A DNA stretch of 64,000 nucleotides from Arenicellales bacterium (GTDB lineage: Bacteria > Pseudomonadota > Gammaproteobacteria > Arenicellales > Poriferihabitantaceae). Below are positions 40,173 through 49,776 of this stretch, one piece after another; the first letter of the stretch is position 1; each line of letters starts with the position of its first letter. Position numbers and translations under genes: made by a program. A model generated the notes under the pieces. That model did no database searches and was not told the DNA's origin. It saw nothing but the letters and a program-made list of their open reading frames with translations. Where the stretch lies: positions 1,903,734-1,967,733 of the forward strand of contig OY761989.1 of assembly GCA_963665165.1 (NCBI GenBank). The letters run 5' to 3'.

Positions 40173-40205
40173 GTCCGCATCCGGTGGGCAGCGAAGGCCC
40201 TGAAA

Positions 40206-40721
40206 TTACAAAACGTAGAAATAATGGTTGCCGACCCTGGCGACAAGCCGGCCTTCTGAAATCCAGTAGGGCCTCACGCTTGCGGCATGATAATGAGTGG
40301 CGCCGCCGACCTCGGTCACGGTCCCCCTGTCAAGAAATGACTGCGCCAGCGCCAGTGACTGCCGCCATGCCTCCGGATCGTTGACAGAATGGTATTTCAT
40401 AGCGGTGTGGGTCCAGCTGAATTGTTTCCTTTGCCATACAACCTCACAGATTGTATCAGGATAATCCCTGCTCTTGATCCGGTTCATGATGACCGCCGCG
40501 ATGGCCAACTGCCCTTTTCTACCCTCGCCACGACCTTCATGGTAGAGATTCAATGCCATGCAACCCAGTTCCTGCCCCGGGGTCAGGGCGGAAAAATCCA
40601 GTTTCTGGGCGAATCCGGTATTGCAGGCGTGGCTGACACCGGATAACAGGATACCGGATACCAGCCCTGAAACCACCAGGATTCTCCCGAAAACCTTCCG
40701 GATGATAAATTCGATGTGCAT
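40206..40721 (-). CDS. SleB-family cell wall hydrolase (secreted)
   Basis: CMALNLYHEGRGEGRKGQLAIAAVIMNRIKSRDYPDTICEVVWQRKQFSW is present, with an N-terminal hydrophobic signal. Confidence 0.85.
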   Translation of the reverse strand: MHIEFIIRKVFGRILVVSGLVSGILLSGVSHACNTGFAQKLDFSALTPGQELGCMALNLYHEGRGEGRKGQLAIAAVIMNRIKSRDYPDTICEVVWQRKQFSWTHTAMKYHSVNDPEAWRQSLALAQSFLDRGTVTEVGGATHYHAASVRPYWISEGRLVARVGNHYFYVL

Positions 40722-40821
40722 GGCTGCCGCTTTTCATCCAATAACAATCATTTCGCCATAATTTTACCATAATTACACAATTATTTTGCAACAAGAACAT
40801 TTTCCCGGGTAGCGGATTCGT

Positions 40822-42402
40822 TCATACCTCCCGGGTAGCGAGAAACTCGACATCCGGCCAGCGTTGGCTCACGAGTTGCAGATTGGCCCGATTCGGAGCG
40901 ATATAGACCAACGTTTTTTGCCCGTCCAGCGCCAGATTCTGCTCGTTGCGGCGCTTGAACCCGGCTTCATCGGCAGAATTTGTGAATTTGACCCAGCGGG
41001 CCGTGGATACCGGCACTGCCTCGAACACGCAGTCCACACTGTATTCCGTTTTAAGGCGATGGGCCACCACATCGAACTGCAGAATCCCCACCGCGCCGAG
41101 AATCAGGTCATTGCTGGTCAATGGTTGAAATACCTGGGTAGCGCCTTCTTCGCTGAGCTGAACCAGTCCTTTTTGCAGCGCCTTGGCGCGTAACGGGTCC
41201 CGCAGACGGACTTTCCTGAACAATTCGGGAGCAAAATTCGGAATTCCGGTAAATTGAAGGGATTCCCCCTCTGTAAAGGTATCGCCAATCCGGATACTGC
41301 CGTGATTGTGCAACCCGAGTATGTCCCCGGCAAACGCGTCATCTGTCTGTCCGCGCCTGGATGCCATAAAAGTATGGGCATTCTGCACAGTCAGAGTCCT
41401 TTGCGCCCGCACATGGCGAATTTTCATGCCTTTTCGAAATTCGCCGGAAGTAATCCGTATAAAAGCGACCCGGTCATGGTGCGCCGGATCCATGTTGGCC
41501 TGTATCTTGAAAACGAATCCGCTGAATTTTTCCTCCCCGGCCCGGACCCTTCGGGTGATCGTAGCCCGCGACCCGGGGGCAGGGGCGTACTCCACAAAAT
41601 TATCCATCAGTTCATCGGTGCCCTGTCGGTTCAGCGCAGAACCGAAAAATACCGGAGTGAGTTCCCCGGAACGATAAGCCGACAGATCGAATTCGTGACT
41701 GGCCCCCCGGACCAGTTCCACTTCCTCGCGCAGGGTTTCGGCCAGGCCGTCGATCCTTTCATCCAGCGCCGGATGATCCAGCCCCTCGATGAATTCATCC
41801 CGATCCAGTCCCCCGCGCCCCTCGAACAAATGAACCACGTCATCATACAAACGATATACCCCGGTAAACCGCTTCCCGGCGCCGACCGGCCAGGTCATCG
41901 GCGCGCATTTGATTTTCAGAACCCGCTCGACCTCATCCATCACATCAACCGGATCAAGCCCCTCCCGGTCCATCTTATTGACGAAAGTCATGATTGGCGT
42001 ATCACGCAGGCGGCAGACCTCCATCAGACTGACTGTCCGGTCTTCCACCCCCTTGGCAATGTCGATCACCATCAACGCTGAATCGACCGCGGTCAGAGTG
42101 CGATAGGTATCCTCGGAAAAATCCGCGTGACCGGGAGTATCCAGCAAATTCACGACGCGTTCCTTGTAAGGAAACTGCATCACGGAAGAAGTCACCGATA
42201 TCCCCCTCTGCTTCTCCAGTTCCATCCAGTCCGACGTCGCATAGCGGCTGCTTTTGCGTGCCTTGACCGTACCGGCCAACTGGATCGCCCCTCCATATTG
42301 CAGCAAGCGTTCGGTCAATGTCGTCTTGCCGGCATCCGGATGCGATATGATTGCGAATGTGCGTCGCCTGGTAATTTGCCCGGCAAGATTTTCATTCCTC
42401 AT
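40822..42402 (-). CDS. prfC: Peptide chain release factor 3
   Basis: [43 protein letters not shown] and NKMDR. Confidence 0.95.
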   Translation of the reverse strand: MRNENLAGQITRRRTFAIISHPDAGKTTLTERLLQYGGAIQLAGTVKARKSSRYATSDWMELEKQRGISVTSSVMQFPYKERVVNLLDTPGHADFSEDTYRTLTAVDSALMVIDIAKGVEDRTVSLMEVCRLRDTPIMTFVNKMDREGLDPVDVMDEVERVLKIKCAPMTWPVGAGKRFTGVYRLYDDVVHLFEGRGGLDRDEFIEGLDHPALDERIDGLAETLREEVELVRGASHEFDLSAYRSGELTPVFFGSALNRQGTDELMDNFVEYAPAPGSRATITRRVRAGEEKFSGFVFKIQANMDPAHHDRVAFIRITSGEFRKGMKIRHVRAQRTLTVQNAHTFMASRRGQTDDAFAGDILGLHNHGSIRIGDTFTEGESLQFTGIPNFAPELFRKVRLRDPLRAKALQKGLVQLSEEGATQVFQPLTSNDLILGAVGILQFDVVAHRLKTEYSVDCVFEAVPVSTARWVKFTNSADEAGFKRRNEQNLALDGQKTLVYIAPNRANLQLVSQRWPDVEFLATREV

Positions 42403-42507
42403 TGTCCTGGTCCCCGACTCCGGCAAGCGCGCCTGAAAAAGTGCGTTATTGTACAGTCTGATTGAGGGTAAATCGCGCTAGAATACGCAGTCTTCCCGGT
42501 CACGCCG

Positions 42508-44397
42508 ATGTCTTTGCTCACCATAACCAATTTATCCATCGCCTTTGGTCATCACAAACTGCTGGACAATACCAGCCTGACCCTGGACAAAAAGCAGCGG
42601 TTCGGACTGATTGGCAGGAACGGCGAAGGGAAATCGACACTGCTCGCTATCCTGAAACGGAAAATCATTGCGGACGAAGGGGATTTCAGGGCAAGGCCCG
42701 GTCTGCGAATCGCCCTTCTGGACCAAACTTCGGTTCCGGTCGGGAATGAATCCGTGTTCGACCTGGTGGCCAGAGGACTCGGTGAAGCAGGTCAGGCGCT
42801 GGCTGAATACCACCAGGTTTCGACCCGGTCCACCATGGACCCTGCGCAACTGAAGCGGCTGGATGAACTGCAACAGGAACTCGACAGCAACGATGGCTGG
42901 AATGTGCATGCCCGGATCAACAAGACGCTCAGCCGGCTGAACCTGAACGCGGATGACCGGGTCTGCGAATTATCCGGGGGATGGCAACGCAGGGCCGCTC
43001 TGGCCCACGCCCTGGTCTGCAATCCCGACCTCCTGTTGCTGGATGAACCGACCAATCATCTCGATACAGACGCCATTATCTGGCTGGAGCGCCAGCTCCT
43101 CCAATTCAAGGGCGCGCTTTTGCTGGTCACGCATGATCGTGAATTTTTACAGAATGTCTGCACCGACATTCTCGAACTCGACCGCGGGAAACTGGTCAAC
43201 TGGCCCGGCAGCTACACCGATTACCTGTCCCGGAAAGCGGCGGCGCTGGCGCAGGAGGACAGGCAAAACGCGGCCTTTGACAAGAAACTCGCAAAGGAAG
43301 AAGCCTGGATCAGACAGGGCATCAAGGCCAGGAGAACCCGCAATGAAGGCCGGGCCAGAGCGCTGCAAAAACTGCGCGAAGAACAGGCGAACAGAAGAAA
43401 CCGGATATCGAATGCGCGACTGGAAATAAACAAGGGACCCATGAGCGGGAAAATCATCATTGAAGCGGAAAACATCGACTTTGAAATCAATCGGCAGATT
43501 ATCGCCAGGGATTTTTCCACCCGCATCCTGCGCGGTGACCGGATCGGATTGATCGGACCGAATGGCATCGGCAAAACGACACTTCTGAAAATCCTGCTCA
43601 AGGAGATCGAACCCCGAACCGGCTCGGTCCGGCACGGCTCCCACCTGAAGATCGCCTGCTTCGATCAATCACGGACACAACTGGACCCCGAACAAACGGT
43701 CGTAGACATGATCGGCCAGGGCCGGGAGCAAATCAGCATAAACGGGAAGGACAAACATGTGATCCGTTATCTTGCGGATTTCCTGTTTTCCCCCGCACGT
43801 GCCCGTTCGCCGGTAAAATCATTGTCCGGGGGAGAATGCGCGCGAGTGCTGCTCGCCATGCTGTTCAGCAAGCCTGTCAATTTACTGGTCATGGATGAAC
43901 CCACCAACGACCTGGATATCGAAACCCTGGAGTTGCTGGAAGAACAGCTTCTTCAATTCGATGGCACCCTGTTGATGGTCTCGCATGACCGCAAGTTTCT
44001 CGACAACGTAGTCACCAGCACCCTGTCTTTTGAAGGAAAGGGCCGAATCAACGACAATGTGGGCGGCTATTCCGACTGGCTGAGGCAGGCCAGTAGCGCC
44101 CGGTCCCGATCCCCGGAAAAACCCGAAAAGTCGTCAAAGCCTGCGCCCCGGCAACCGGACCGGAAAACCGCAGAAAAAAAGAAAAAGCCCGGATTCAACG
44201 AGCAACGCGAACTGTCCGCTCTGACGACAAGAATCGAACACCTGGAAAACCGCCAGAACAGCCTGACCGCAATCATCTCGGAGCCGGATTTCTACAGCCG
44301 CCCCAGCGACGACATCCATACCGCCCTGGAAGAAATCAAGACGGTCGGCAATCAACTGGAACAGTGCTGGCGCCGTTGGGAAGAACTGGATTCCTGA
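42508..44397 (+). CDS. uup: ABC-F family ATPase Uup
   Basis: Two ABC cassettes (GRNGEGKSTL / LSGGWQRR / LLLDEPTNHLD and GPNGIGKTTL / LSGGECAR / LVMDEPTNDLD) with a basic linker and a C-terminal coiled-coil. Confidence 0.9.
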   Translation: MSLLTITNLSIAFGHHKLLDNTSLTLDKKQRFGLIGRNGEGKSTLLAILKRKIIADEGDFRARPGLRIALLDQTSVPVGNESVFDLVARGLGEAGQALAEYHQVSTRSTMDPAQLKRLDELQQELDSNDGWNVHARINKTLSRLNLNADDRVCELSGGWQRRAALAHALVCNPDLLLLDEPTNHLDTDAIIWLERQLLQFKGALLLVTHDREFLQNVCTDILELDRGKLVNWPGSYTDYLSRKAAALAQEDRQNAAFDKKLAKEEAWIRQGIKARRTRNEGRARALQKLREEQANRRNRISNARLEINKGPMSGKIIIEAENIDFEINRQIIARDFSTRILRGDRIGLIGPNGIGKTTLLKILLKEIEPRTGSVRHGSHLKIACFDQSRTQLDPEQTVVDMIGQGREQISINGKDKHVIRYLADFLFSPARARSPVKSLSGGECARVLLAMLFSKPVNLLVMDEPTNDLDIETLELLEEQLLQFDGTLLMVSHDRKFLDNVVTSTLSFEGKGRINDNVGGYSDWLRQASSARSRSPEKPEKSSKPAPRQPDRKTAEKKKKPGFNEQRELSALTTRIEHLENRQNSLTAIISEPDFYSRPSDDIHTALEEIKTVGNQLEQCWRRWEELDS

Positions 44398-45177
44398 TCA
44401 TTTTTTCAGGCAAATCGCGCTTATCTGGCGACCATAGCGCTTTTCCCCTTTATGGCATGCCCGGCGATAACTGAAAAACTGACGCTCGTTGCTACAGGTA
44501 TCTTCGATCATCCGATGGATTTCTGCGATTCCCGCCTTTTCCAGTCTTTTTTCGATGTACCGAGGCAGATCGAACATTCGTTTGTGACCGACCCCGGCCG
44601 GGCTGAAACAATCCTCGCATCCAGTGTCTGACCTGGCCAGCACCTGATCCTCGAATTCGATACCGACCTCGTAGGACAGCGGTTGGATGGCGGGACCGAT
44701 CACGGCGCGGATATTTCCGGTTTTCGCGCCGAGTCCGCCCATGGCCTTGATGACCTGGTCGGTAATCCCGCTGACCGCCCCCTTCCACCCCGCATGGGCC
44801 GCCCCGACCACCCGATTTTCCGGGTCGAAAAACAATACCGGAGCGCAATCCGCCCCCAATACGCCGAGCGCCACCCCCTTCTCACGGGTAACCATCCCGT
44901 CCCCCTGCAAGATCTCGCCCGTATGCGATTCCCGGTCGATCTCATGAACCACCGTGCCATGCACCTGCCTGAGACTGACCACACGGTCGCAATGCAGCGC
45001 AGCCGCCACCCTGGCGCGGTTTTCCAGCACATGCTGCGAGCGGTCACCCGAAAATTGCCCGCAATTCAGGGAATTGAATTCGCCCTGCGACACCCCGCCC
45101 TGTCGAGTGAAAAAACCATGGTGGATTTCCGGCTGGCGTTCGAGTAACGGGCTTTGCAGAAAAGGCAACGAGGTCAT
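44398..45177 (-). CDS. pgeF: Peptidoglycan editing factor PgeF (YfiH, laccase-domain protein)
   Basis: HGFFTRQGGVS.GEFNSLN, LRQVHG, GADCAPVLF, AHAGWKG and CTSN-like CSNERQFFSYRR. Confidence 0.9.
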   Translation of the reverse strand: MTSLPFLQSPLLERQPEIHHGFFTRQGGVSQGEFNSLNCGQFSGDRSQHVLENRARVAAALHCDRVVSLRQVHGTVVHEIDRESHTGEILQGDGMVTREKGVALGVLGADCAPVLFFDPENRVVGAAHAGWKGAVSGITDQVIKAMGGLGAKTGNIRAVIGPAIQPLSYEVGIEFEDQVLARSDTGCEDCFSPAGVGHKRMFDLPRYIEKRLEKAGIAEIHRMIEDTCSNERQFFSYRRACHKGEKRYGRQISAICLKK

Positions 45178-45274
45178 CGGACAAATTTACCAACAAAACC
45201 CTATCGAATCCATTGCCGGTCGGTAGCTTGCCCAATACGGGTCATATATAATCCGCCCAACCATGTCCCGCACC

Positions 45275-45362
45275 GGAGAGTTGGCAGAGCGGTCGAATGC
45301 GGCGGTCTTGAAAACCGTTGACTGTAACAGGTCCGGGGGTTCGAATCCCTCACTCTCCGCCA
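45275..45362 (+). tRNA. tRNA-Ser (anticodon UGA), copy 1
   Basis: GGAGAGTTGGCAGAGCGGTCGAATGCGGCGGTCTTGAAAACCGTTGACTGTAACAGGTCCGGGGGTTCGAATCCCTCACTCTCCGCCA. It has a 7-bp acceptor stem, a long variable arm, anticodon loop CTTGAAA and well-paired stems. Confidence 0.9.
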
Positions 45363-45425
45363 CTAAACATTATAAAACAGGGTGTTACGTGTATAATACC
45401 CCAACGCTCGCAGCCCGTTAGCTCC

Positions 45426-46985
45426 ATGAGACCGCCCGGCTTTACGCAAACACAGTTCGACTACGCTCTTGCCGCTATGATCCAGAGCGTCTCTGAATCC
45501 GGGGGGGCGCGGTGTCGCGTCGTCGCCCGAGACCTTCATCGAGCGGTCGTGGGCGCCAGCCAGCCGAACCGCATGCCGATGGCCTGCAACGCCATGTGGA
45601 AACTGGCCGAGGATCTGCCCCATACCGTTGTCCACCGTACGCCCAGCGGTCGTTCCAGTTCGCTGGAGATCGAATACCACCTTGACGGGGAGACGATCAC
45701 TGCGGCGCCACCGAGCTCGAGTCGGCGCGTTTCGCAACCACGACTAGGGCCGACCTCGACGCCGCGGTCGCCAACGTCACAGGGAGTTGTCGCCCCTGGA
45801 CGGCGGCGCGATGCCGAACTGCCCGACGCCGACCTTTACCTCGTGGCTTGCGTGAAGCGCAAGGCAAGCGCCACCATGCCAGCGAGGGAACTCTATACGT
45901 CCAGTTGGTTCCAGAGGGCACGTGCATGCGTCGAGAGGACGGGGCAGCCCTGGGCGGTTCTGTCCGCCAAGCACGGCCTTCTCTGGCCGACCGACACCGT
46001 CGCCCCGTATGAAATGACGCTCCGATCAATGTCCGGGCTGGAACGACGTCAATGGGCCGACACCGTGCTTGCTTCCTTAGCCCCGCACCTCGCCGGTGTC
46101 CGTACGATCACCATACTCGCCGGCACCACGTACCGCAAATTGCTGGTGCCAGAATTGGAAAGGCGCGACATCGAAGTCCTGGTGCCAATGGAAGGCCTTT
46201 CCCAAGGCAGACAACTCCAGTGGCTGGACATTTGCCTGACCCGCGCCCGCGCCGACGAACGGACCTCGCGGTCCCGCGTACCGCAGCCTGCCAGCGAACG
46301 GCTCGACCATCTGCGGCGCTTCTATGACTGCCTCGCGGATCTTGAGATGCGCCTCGGCGGCACACGAAAGCTGTCGGAATGCTCGAGCCATCTGTCCTGG
46401 CCCGCGCGCGGAGTCTACTTTTTCATGGAGCCCGGCGAGACCAGGTTCTATTCCGGTTCAGGACTCCGCGTTGTCCGCGTGGGCACCCACGGCTTGAAGC
46501 CCGGCGCGAGATCCACCCTTTGGAAGCGGCTGGTGCAGCACCGTGGAACGACCGCAGGCGGAGGCAACCATCGCACATCGATTTTCAGACTCCTTGTAGG
46601 CGCCGCCCTTATCGCGAGGGACAGATTCGACTGCCCATCATGGAACAACACGGGAAGCGCCCACCAGTGGAAGGAAGCGTGGGAATCACCCGTGGAACAC
46701 GCCGTCAGTGCCGTCATCGGCTCCATGCCCTTCCTCTGGCTCGATGTCCCGGACGAGCCAGGACACGACAGCCTTCGCGGCTACATCGAACGCAACGCAA
46801 TCGCCCTGTTGAGCAATCGCTGCCTACGACCCTTGGACCCGCAATCCGACGGTTGGCTCGGGCGCTACTGCGACCGGGAGAAGGTGCGAACGTCGGGACT
46901 ATGGAACTCCAACCATGTGGACAAGGAATACGATCCGGATTTCCTCCAAGCGATGGAGCGCCTTGCCGGGCAGGTGACCGCATGA
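45426..46985 (+). CDS. Three-module protein: N-terminal small domain, DUF6884/YaaA-like domain, and GIY-YIG-superfamily nuclease-like domain
   Basis: The start was moved to the first ATG after the tRNA. The N-terminal module shows DLHRAVVG..NRMPMACNAM...LEIEYHL. The middle module shows PARELYTSSWF...WAVLSAKHGLLWPTDTVAPYEMTL...LAGTTYRKLL...GLSQGRQLQWL. The C-terminal module shows GVYFFMEPGE...VRVGTH...LWKRLVQHRG...GNHRTSIFR...IERNAIALLS. Confidence 0.65.
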   Translation: MRPPGFTQTQFDYALAAMIQSVSESGGARCRVVARDLHRAVVGASQPNRMPMACNAMWKLAEDLPHTVVHRTPSGRSSSLEIEYHLDGETITAAPPSSSRRVSQPRLGPTSTPRSPTSQGVVAPGRRRDAELPDADLYLVACVKRKASATMPARELYTSSWFQRARACVERTGQPWAVLSAKHGLLWPTDTVAPYEMTLRSMSGLERRQWADTVLASLAPHLAGVRTITILAGTTYRKLLVPELERRDIEVLVPMEGLSQGRQLQWLDICLTRARADERTSRSRVPQPASERLDHLRRFYDCLADLEMRLGGTRKLSECSSHLSWPARGVYFFMEPGETRFYSGSGLRVVRVGTHGLKPGARSTLWKRLVQHRGTTAGGGNHRTSIFRLLVGAALIARDRFDCPSWNNTGSAHQWKEAWESPVEHAVSAVIGSMPFLWLDVPDEPGHDSLRGYIERNAIALLSNRCLRPLDPQSDGWLGRYCDREKVRTSGLWNSNHVDKEYDPDFLQAMERLAGQVTA

Positions 46986-48061
46986 GCGTGCTGTTCGTGA
47001 CGACCTGTTCTCTGACCAAGGCGGCCGGCGGCAAAGGCATGTTCGACCCGGAGACAGTCGTTTCCGGCTTGGCTCCCCACCACGCCGAATTGTTGGCCGC
47101 CAGGCGCGAAGAGGTCCGCGAACTCGTCAAGGGCGGCAACGCTTCAGACTGGCAGGGGGTTCCGCTCAAGGACCTCGACTACAATCGCGAACTCGTCAAG
47201 GGCGTCGAGTTCGGCGGCAGAAAGAACGCCGCCTACATGCCCGCACTCGACCGTTACCAAGGCCGGTTCTTCCAAGCGCTTGGGGACATCGGCAAGGCGC
47301 GTTGCCGCTCAAACGACAACCTGTTGATCATGTCTGGCCTCTACGGTCTCCTGAAAGCCAAAGAGCCCATGCAACTCTACAGTTGCCCCCTGTCGGCGGA
47401 CATCGCTGCGCTCTGGCAGCGCGACAGCCTGCTTACTGACATTGTCCGCGCCTACATCCACCGCAACGGAGTCCTTCGCGTAATTGATCTGACAGCGATG
47501 GACGCCTATCGCCGTCTGATCGACTGGTCCCGCATCGCTTCCCCCCGCGTCGAAATCCTGCACTGTTTCGACTCGATGGCCGCGGGAGAGAGCGCCTTGA
47601 CGTCATTCGGTAGGCTATTCCGGTACCTGACCTTCCTGGGCGATGACGAGCTGATTGACCTGGATCCCGAACATCCGCACGAAGAGTTCGGCACCTGCCG
47701 CCTCCACCGCTCCGCGGAACCGCCGAGCGACTACCCGGTCGAGACATGGCAGTCGCAACACGTGGCGGAGGTGCTAGGCGGCGGCAATCCCCAAACCGAA
47801 CCATGGCAATTCACCATGACGAACCAGTTCAAAAGGGAAGCGAGAACCGACTTCCAAGCCACACTACGCGCTGCCGTCGACATATGCAACGCGCCAATGT
47901 CGCCACGCGGCGACACCGTCAAGCCTCTTTCCGCGAACAATGATCGCTGTTGGCGCTATAGGCTGCACAAGCGCCGACTCGTATACGAGCCCGATCCGGT
48001 TCGGCGCGTAGTCCGCTTCCTCCGGTTCGAGCCGAGGGACCGCGCCTACAAGGACCAGTGA
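46982..48061 (+). CDS. YaaA(DUF328)/DUF6884-like domain fused to a C-terminal RelE/ParE-like toxin domain
   Basis: The ATG at 46982 overlaps the upstream stop (ATGA). The N-terminal module shows FVTTCSLTK...PALDRYQGRFF...LLIMSGLYGLLKAKEPMQLYSCPL. The C-terminal module shows FTMTNQFKREAR...VKPLSANNDRCWRYRLHKRRLVYEPD..RVVRFLRFEPRDRAY. Confidence 0.65.
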   Translation: MSVLFVTTCSLTKAAGGKGMFDPETVVSGLAPHHAELLAARREEVRELVKGGNASDWQGVPLKDLDYNRELVKGVEFGGRKNAAYMPALDRYQGRFFQALGDIGKARCRSNDNLLIMSGLYGLLKAKEPMQLYSCPLSADIAALWQRDSLLTDIVRAYIHRNGVLRVIDLTAMDAYRRLIDWSRIASPRVEILHCFDSMAAGESALTSFGRLFRYLTFLGDDELIDLDPEHPHEEFGTCRLHRSAEPPSDYPVETWQSQHVAEVLGGGNPQTEPWQFTMTNQFKREARTDFQATLRAAVDICNAPMSPRGDTVKPLSANNDRCWRYRLHKRRLVYEPDPVRRVVRFLRFEPRDRAYKDQ

Positions 48062-48246
48062 TCCGCGCGACCCGAACGTTGAACGCGGCCGCACCGCGTG
48101 TAAGGTGATGCACCAAGTCCATCGCCCTCGACGATCAGCTTCGACTGACGGTGAACAAAAGTCTTTGTAAACCCCATATAAACCGGGATCAGGTGGGATG
48201 AAGTGGGACAAGTGGCTGATATTACGAGCGAATACGTCAATAACTG

Positions 48247-48585
48247 TCAACCACAACCGGAATCATCGCTGAGAGAAAGTTTTTGCAAATCCAGGGTGAA
48301 GTGGCATTTACAGAGCAAAAAGACACAATCGACAGAAGGCAACAGGGAGACCCGACCATCCTCCATCTCCTGTACGGTTTATCGTTCAGTGTCTGGATGC
48401 TGATCGGAAATGCCCAGGTGCAGGACCTCGCTGCATTGACCGCTCAGACAGGCCATCGCCGCCCAATAGGGATATTTCCGGCCACCGATGATATAGACAA
48501 TGCCCGTTGCCGGCGTTGCGGGTAAATCCTCGACCCATTGAGCGGCGTATCTCATTGGTCCCGCTCTATGACTTGCCCCATTCAC
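48247..48585 (-). pseudogene. DUF6527-like gene relic (in-frame stop, eroded Cys motif)
   Basis: The reverse strand reads GIVYIIGGRKYPYWAAMACLSGQCSEVLHLGISDQHPDTER*TVQEMEDGRVSLLPSVD....CKCHFTLDL. This resembles the DUF6527 layout (...CPCGCG...P.W...dg.vtL.PSi...C.sHF) as I remember it. Confidence 0.35.
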
Positions 48586-48660
48586 CGGACCGGATTATTT
48601 ACAGTTTCAGGTAACAGGTTTTTCGGTGACACCCTACATTGCAACACTTGGGACAATCCA

Positions 48661-48900
48661 ATGAGTACCAGAACAGTTCGGCTCGACGAGGATGCGGAAG
48701 CAACACTGAAGATACTGCAAAAACAGACGGGGATGTCTATAACAACAAAACCTTATGATATTTACCGCAAACTTGACTTGGGGCCGGGTGACGAGAGTGT
48801 GTCCGCTGCCCTGATGGAACTCATTTCCAAAACAGCCCCGTCCAGAACAACCTCAGGGAGTTATCCCTTCGACGCCATTTGCGGACACAGACCACTGTGA
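48661..48900 (+). pseudogene. Ribbon-helix-helix antitoxin relic (internally deleted), no intact partner toxin
   Basis: MSTRTVRLDEDAEATLKILQKQTGMSI (RHH strand-helix) jumps directly to PYDIYRKLDLGPGD (C-terminal block of VapB-type RHH antitoxins). The second helix seems to be missing and no PIN or other toxin ORF follows. Confidence 0.4.
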
Positions 48901-48972
48901 CAACCTGGCCGCTTGATGCAGTTTAATTCAATTACGATTGCATAAAGCATCGAAAAATGATACTTTACGTGA

Positions 48973-49776
48973 ATGAAATCGAATATTCGTCCGCTACGCG
49001 CCAGGGACTACATCAACGATCTTGCCGCCTCCGGGCGCTATCACTTCTCGTCGAGTGACGCTCGTCAAGCCCTTGGCGTGTCCGCTGAGGCGACCAGACT
49101 GGCGCTGAACCGGCTGGCCCGGAAAAACAGGATCGCGCAGCCAGCGCGAGGTTTCCATGTAATCCTTCCGCCGGAGTACCGCTCTTTGGGATGCCTGCCG
49201 CCAGACCAGTTCATTGCGGCGTTGATGCAACGGCTTCGGCAACCGTACTATGTCGGGCTGCTGTCAGCCGCGCAGTATTACGGCGCTGCCCATCACCGGC
49301 CGCAGGAATTTCAGGTGCTGCTCGAAAAGGCGCGCCGACCTATCCGCTGTGGCCAAGTGCGAACTATGTTCATCGTCCGAAGGCAGCTTCAGCAGGTTTC
49401 CGTGCAGAGCTTCAACACGCCCCGGGGCACGATCCATATCTCGACCCCGGAAGCGACGGCGGTTGATCTCGCAGGTTATTGCCATCGTGCAGGAGGGATT
49501 GATCAAGTGGCAACTGTTCTGTTCGAACTTGCAGAGCAGATTGATCCACAGAAACTGGTGGCAGCCGCGCAAACTGCTCCTGTTACATGGGCGCAAAGGC
49601 TTGGATACCTGTTCGAGCGTATCTCTGCCTGCAAACAGGTCACTCTCCTCAAAGCCTATGTCAAGGATAAAGCCCGGCAAGCGGTTCCACTTGTCCCTGA
49701 GAATATCCATAAGAAAATGCCACGCGACCCGGATTGGAAGATTCTCGTCAACGCTGATATCGAGCCAGACCTTTGA
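48973..49776 (+). CDS. abiEi: AbiEi-family antitoxin/transcriptional regulator (type IV TA)
   Basis: An N-terminal wHTH (ATRLALNRLARKNRIAQPARGFHVILPPEY) is followed by the AbiEi_3/4-like YYVGLLSAAQYYGAAHH block. It overlaps the downstream NTase gene by 4 nt. Confidence 0.8.
   Translation: MKSNIRPLRARDYINDLAASGRYHFSSSDARQALGVSAEATRLALNRLARKNRIAQPARGFHVILPPEYRSLGCLPPDQFIAALMQRLRQPYYVGLLSAAQYYGAAHHRPQEFQVLLEKARRPIRCGQVRTMFIVRRQLQQVSVQSFNTPRGTIHISTPEATAVDLAGYCHRAGGIDQVATVLFELAEQIDPQKLVAAAQTAPVTWAQRLGYLFERISACKQVTLLKAYVKDKARQAVPLVPENIHKKMPRDPDWKILVNADIEPDL

Noticed and set aside
40805-40841. An 11-bp direct repeat, cccgggtagcg, occurs twice about 26 nt apart at the prfC 3' end.
   Set aside because: It is short, partly inside the coding sequence, and has no associated structure or gene. 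It is likely fortuitous.
45318-45425. The ORF track starts gene A at 45318.
   Set aside because: That start lies inside tRNA-Ser (45275..45362). The first ATG after the tRNA (45426) is used instead.
46379-46981. The ORF track extends gene B upstream to 46379 (560 aa), overlapping gene A in another frame.
   Set aside because: The upstream 200 codons are Arg/Pro-rich with no recognisable motif and overlap the well-structured GIY-YIG-like region of gene A. The ATG at 46982, in an ATGA overlap with the gene A stop, gives a YaaA-like N-terminus.
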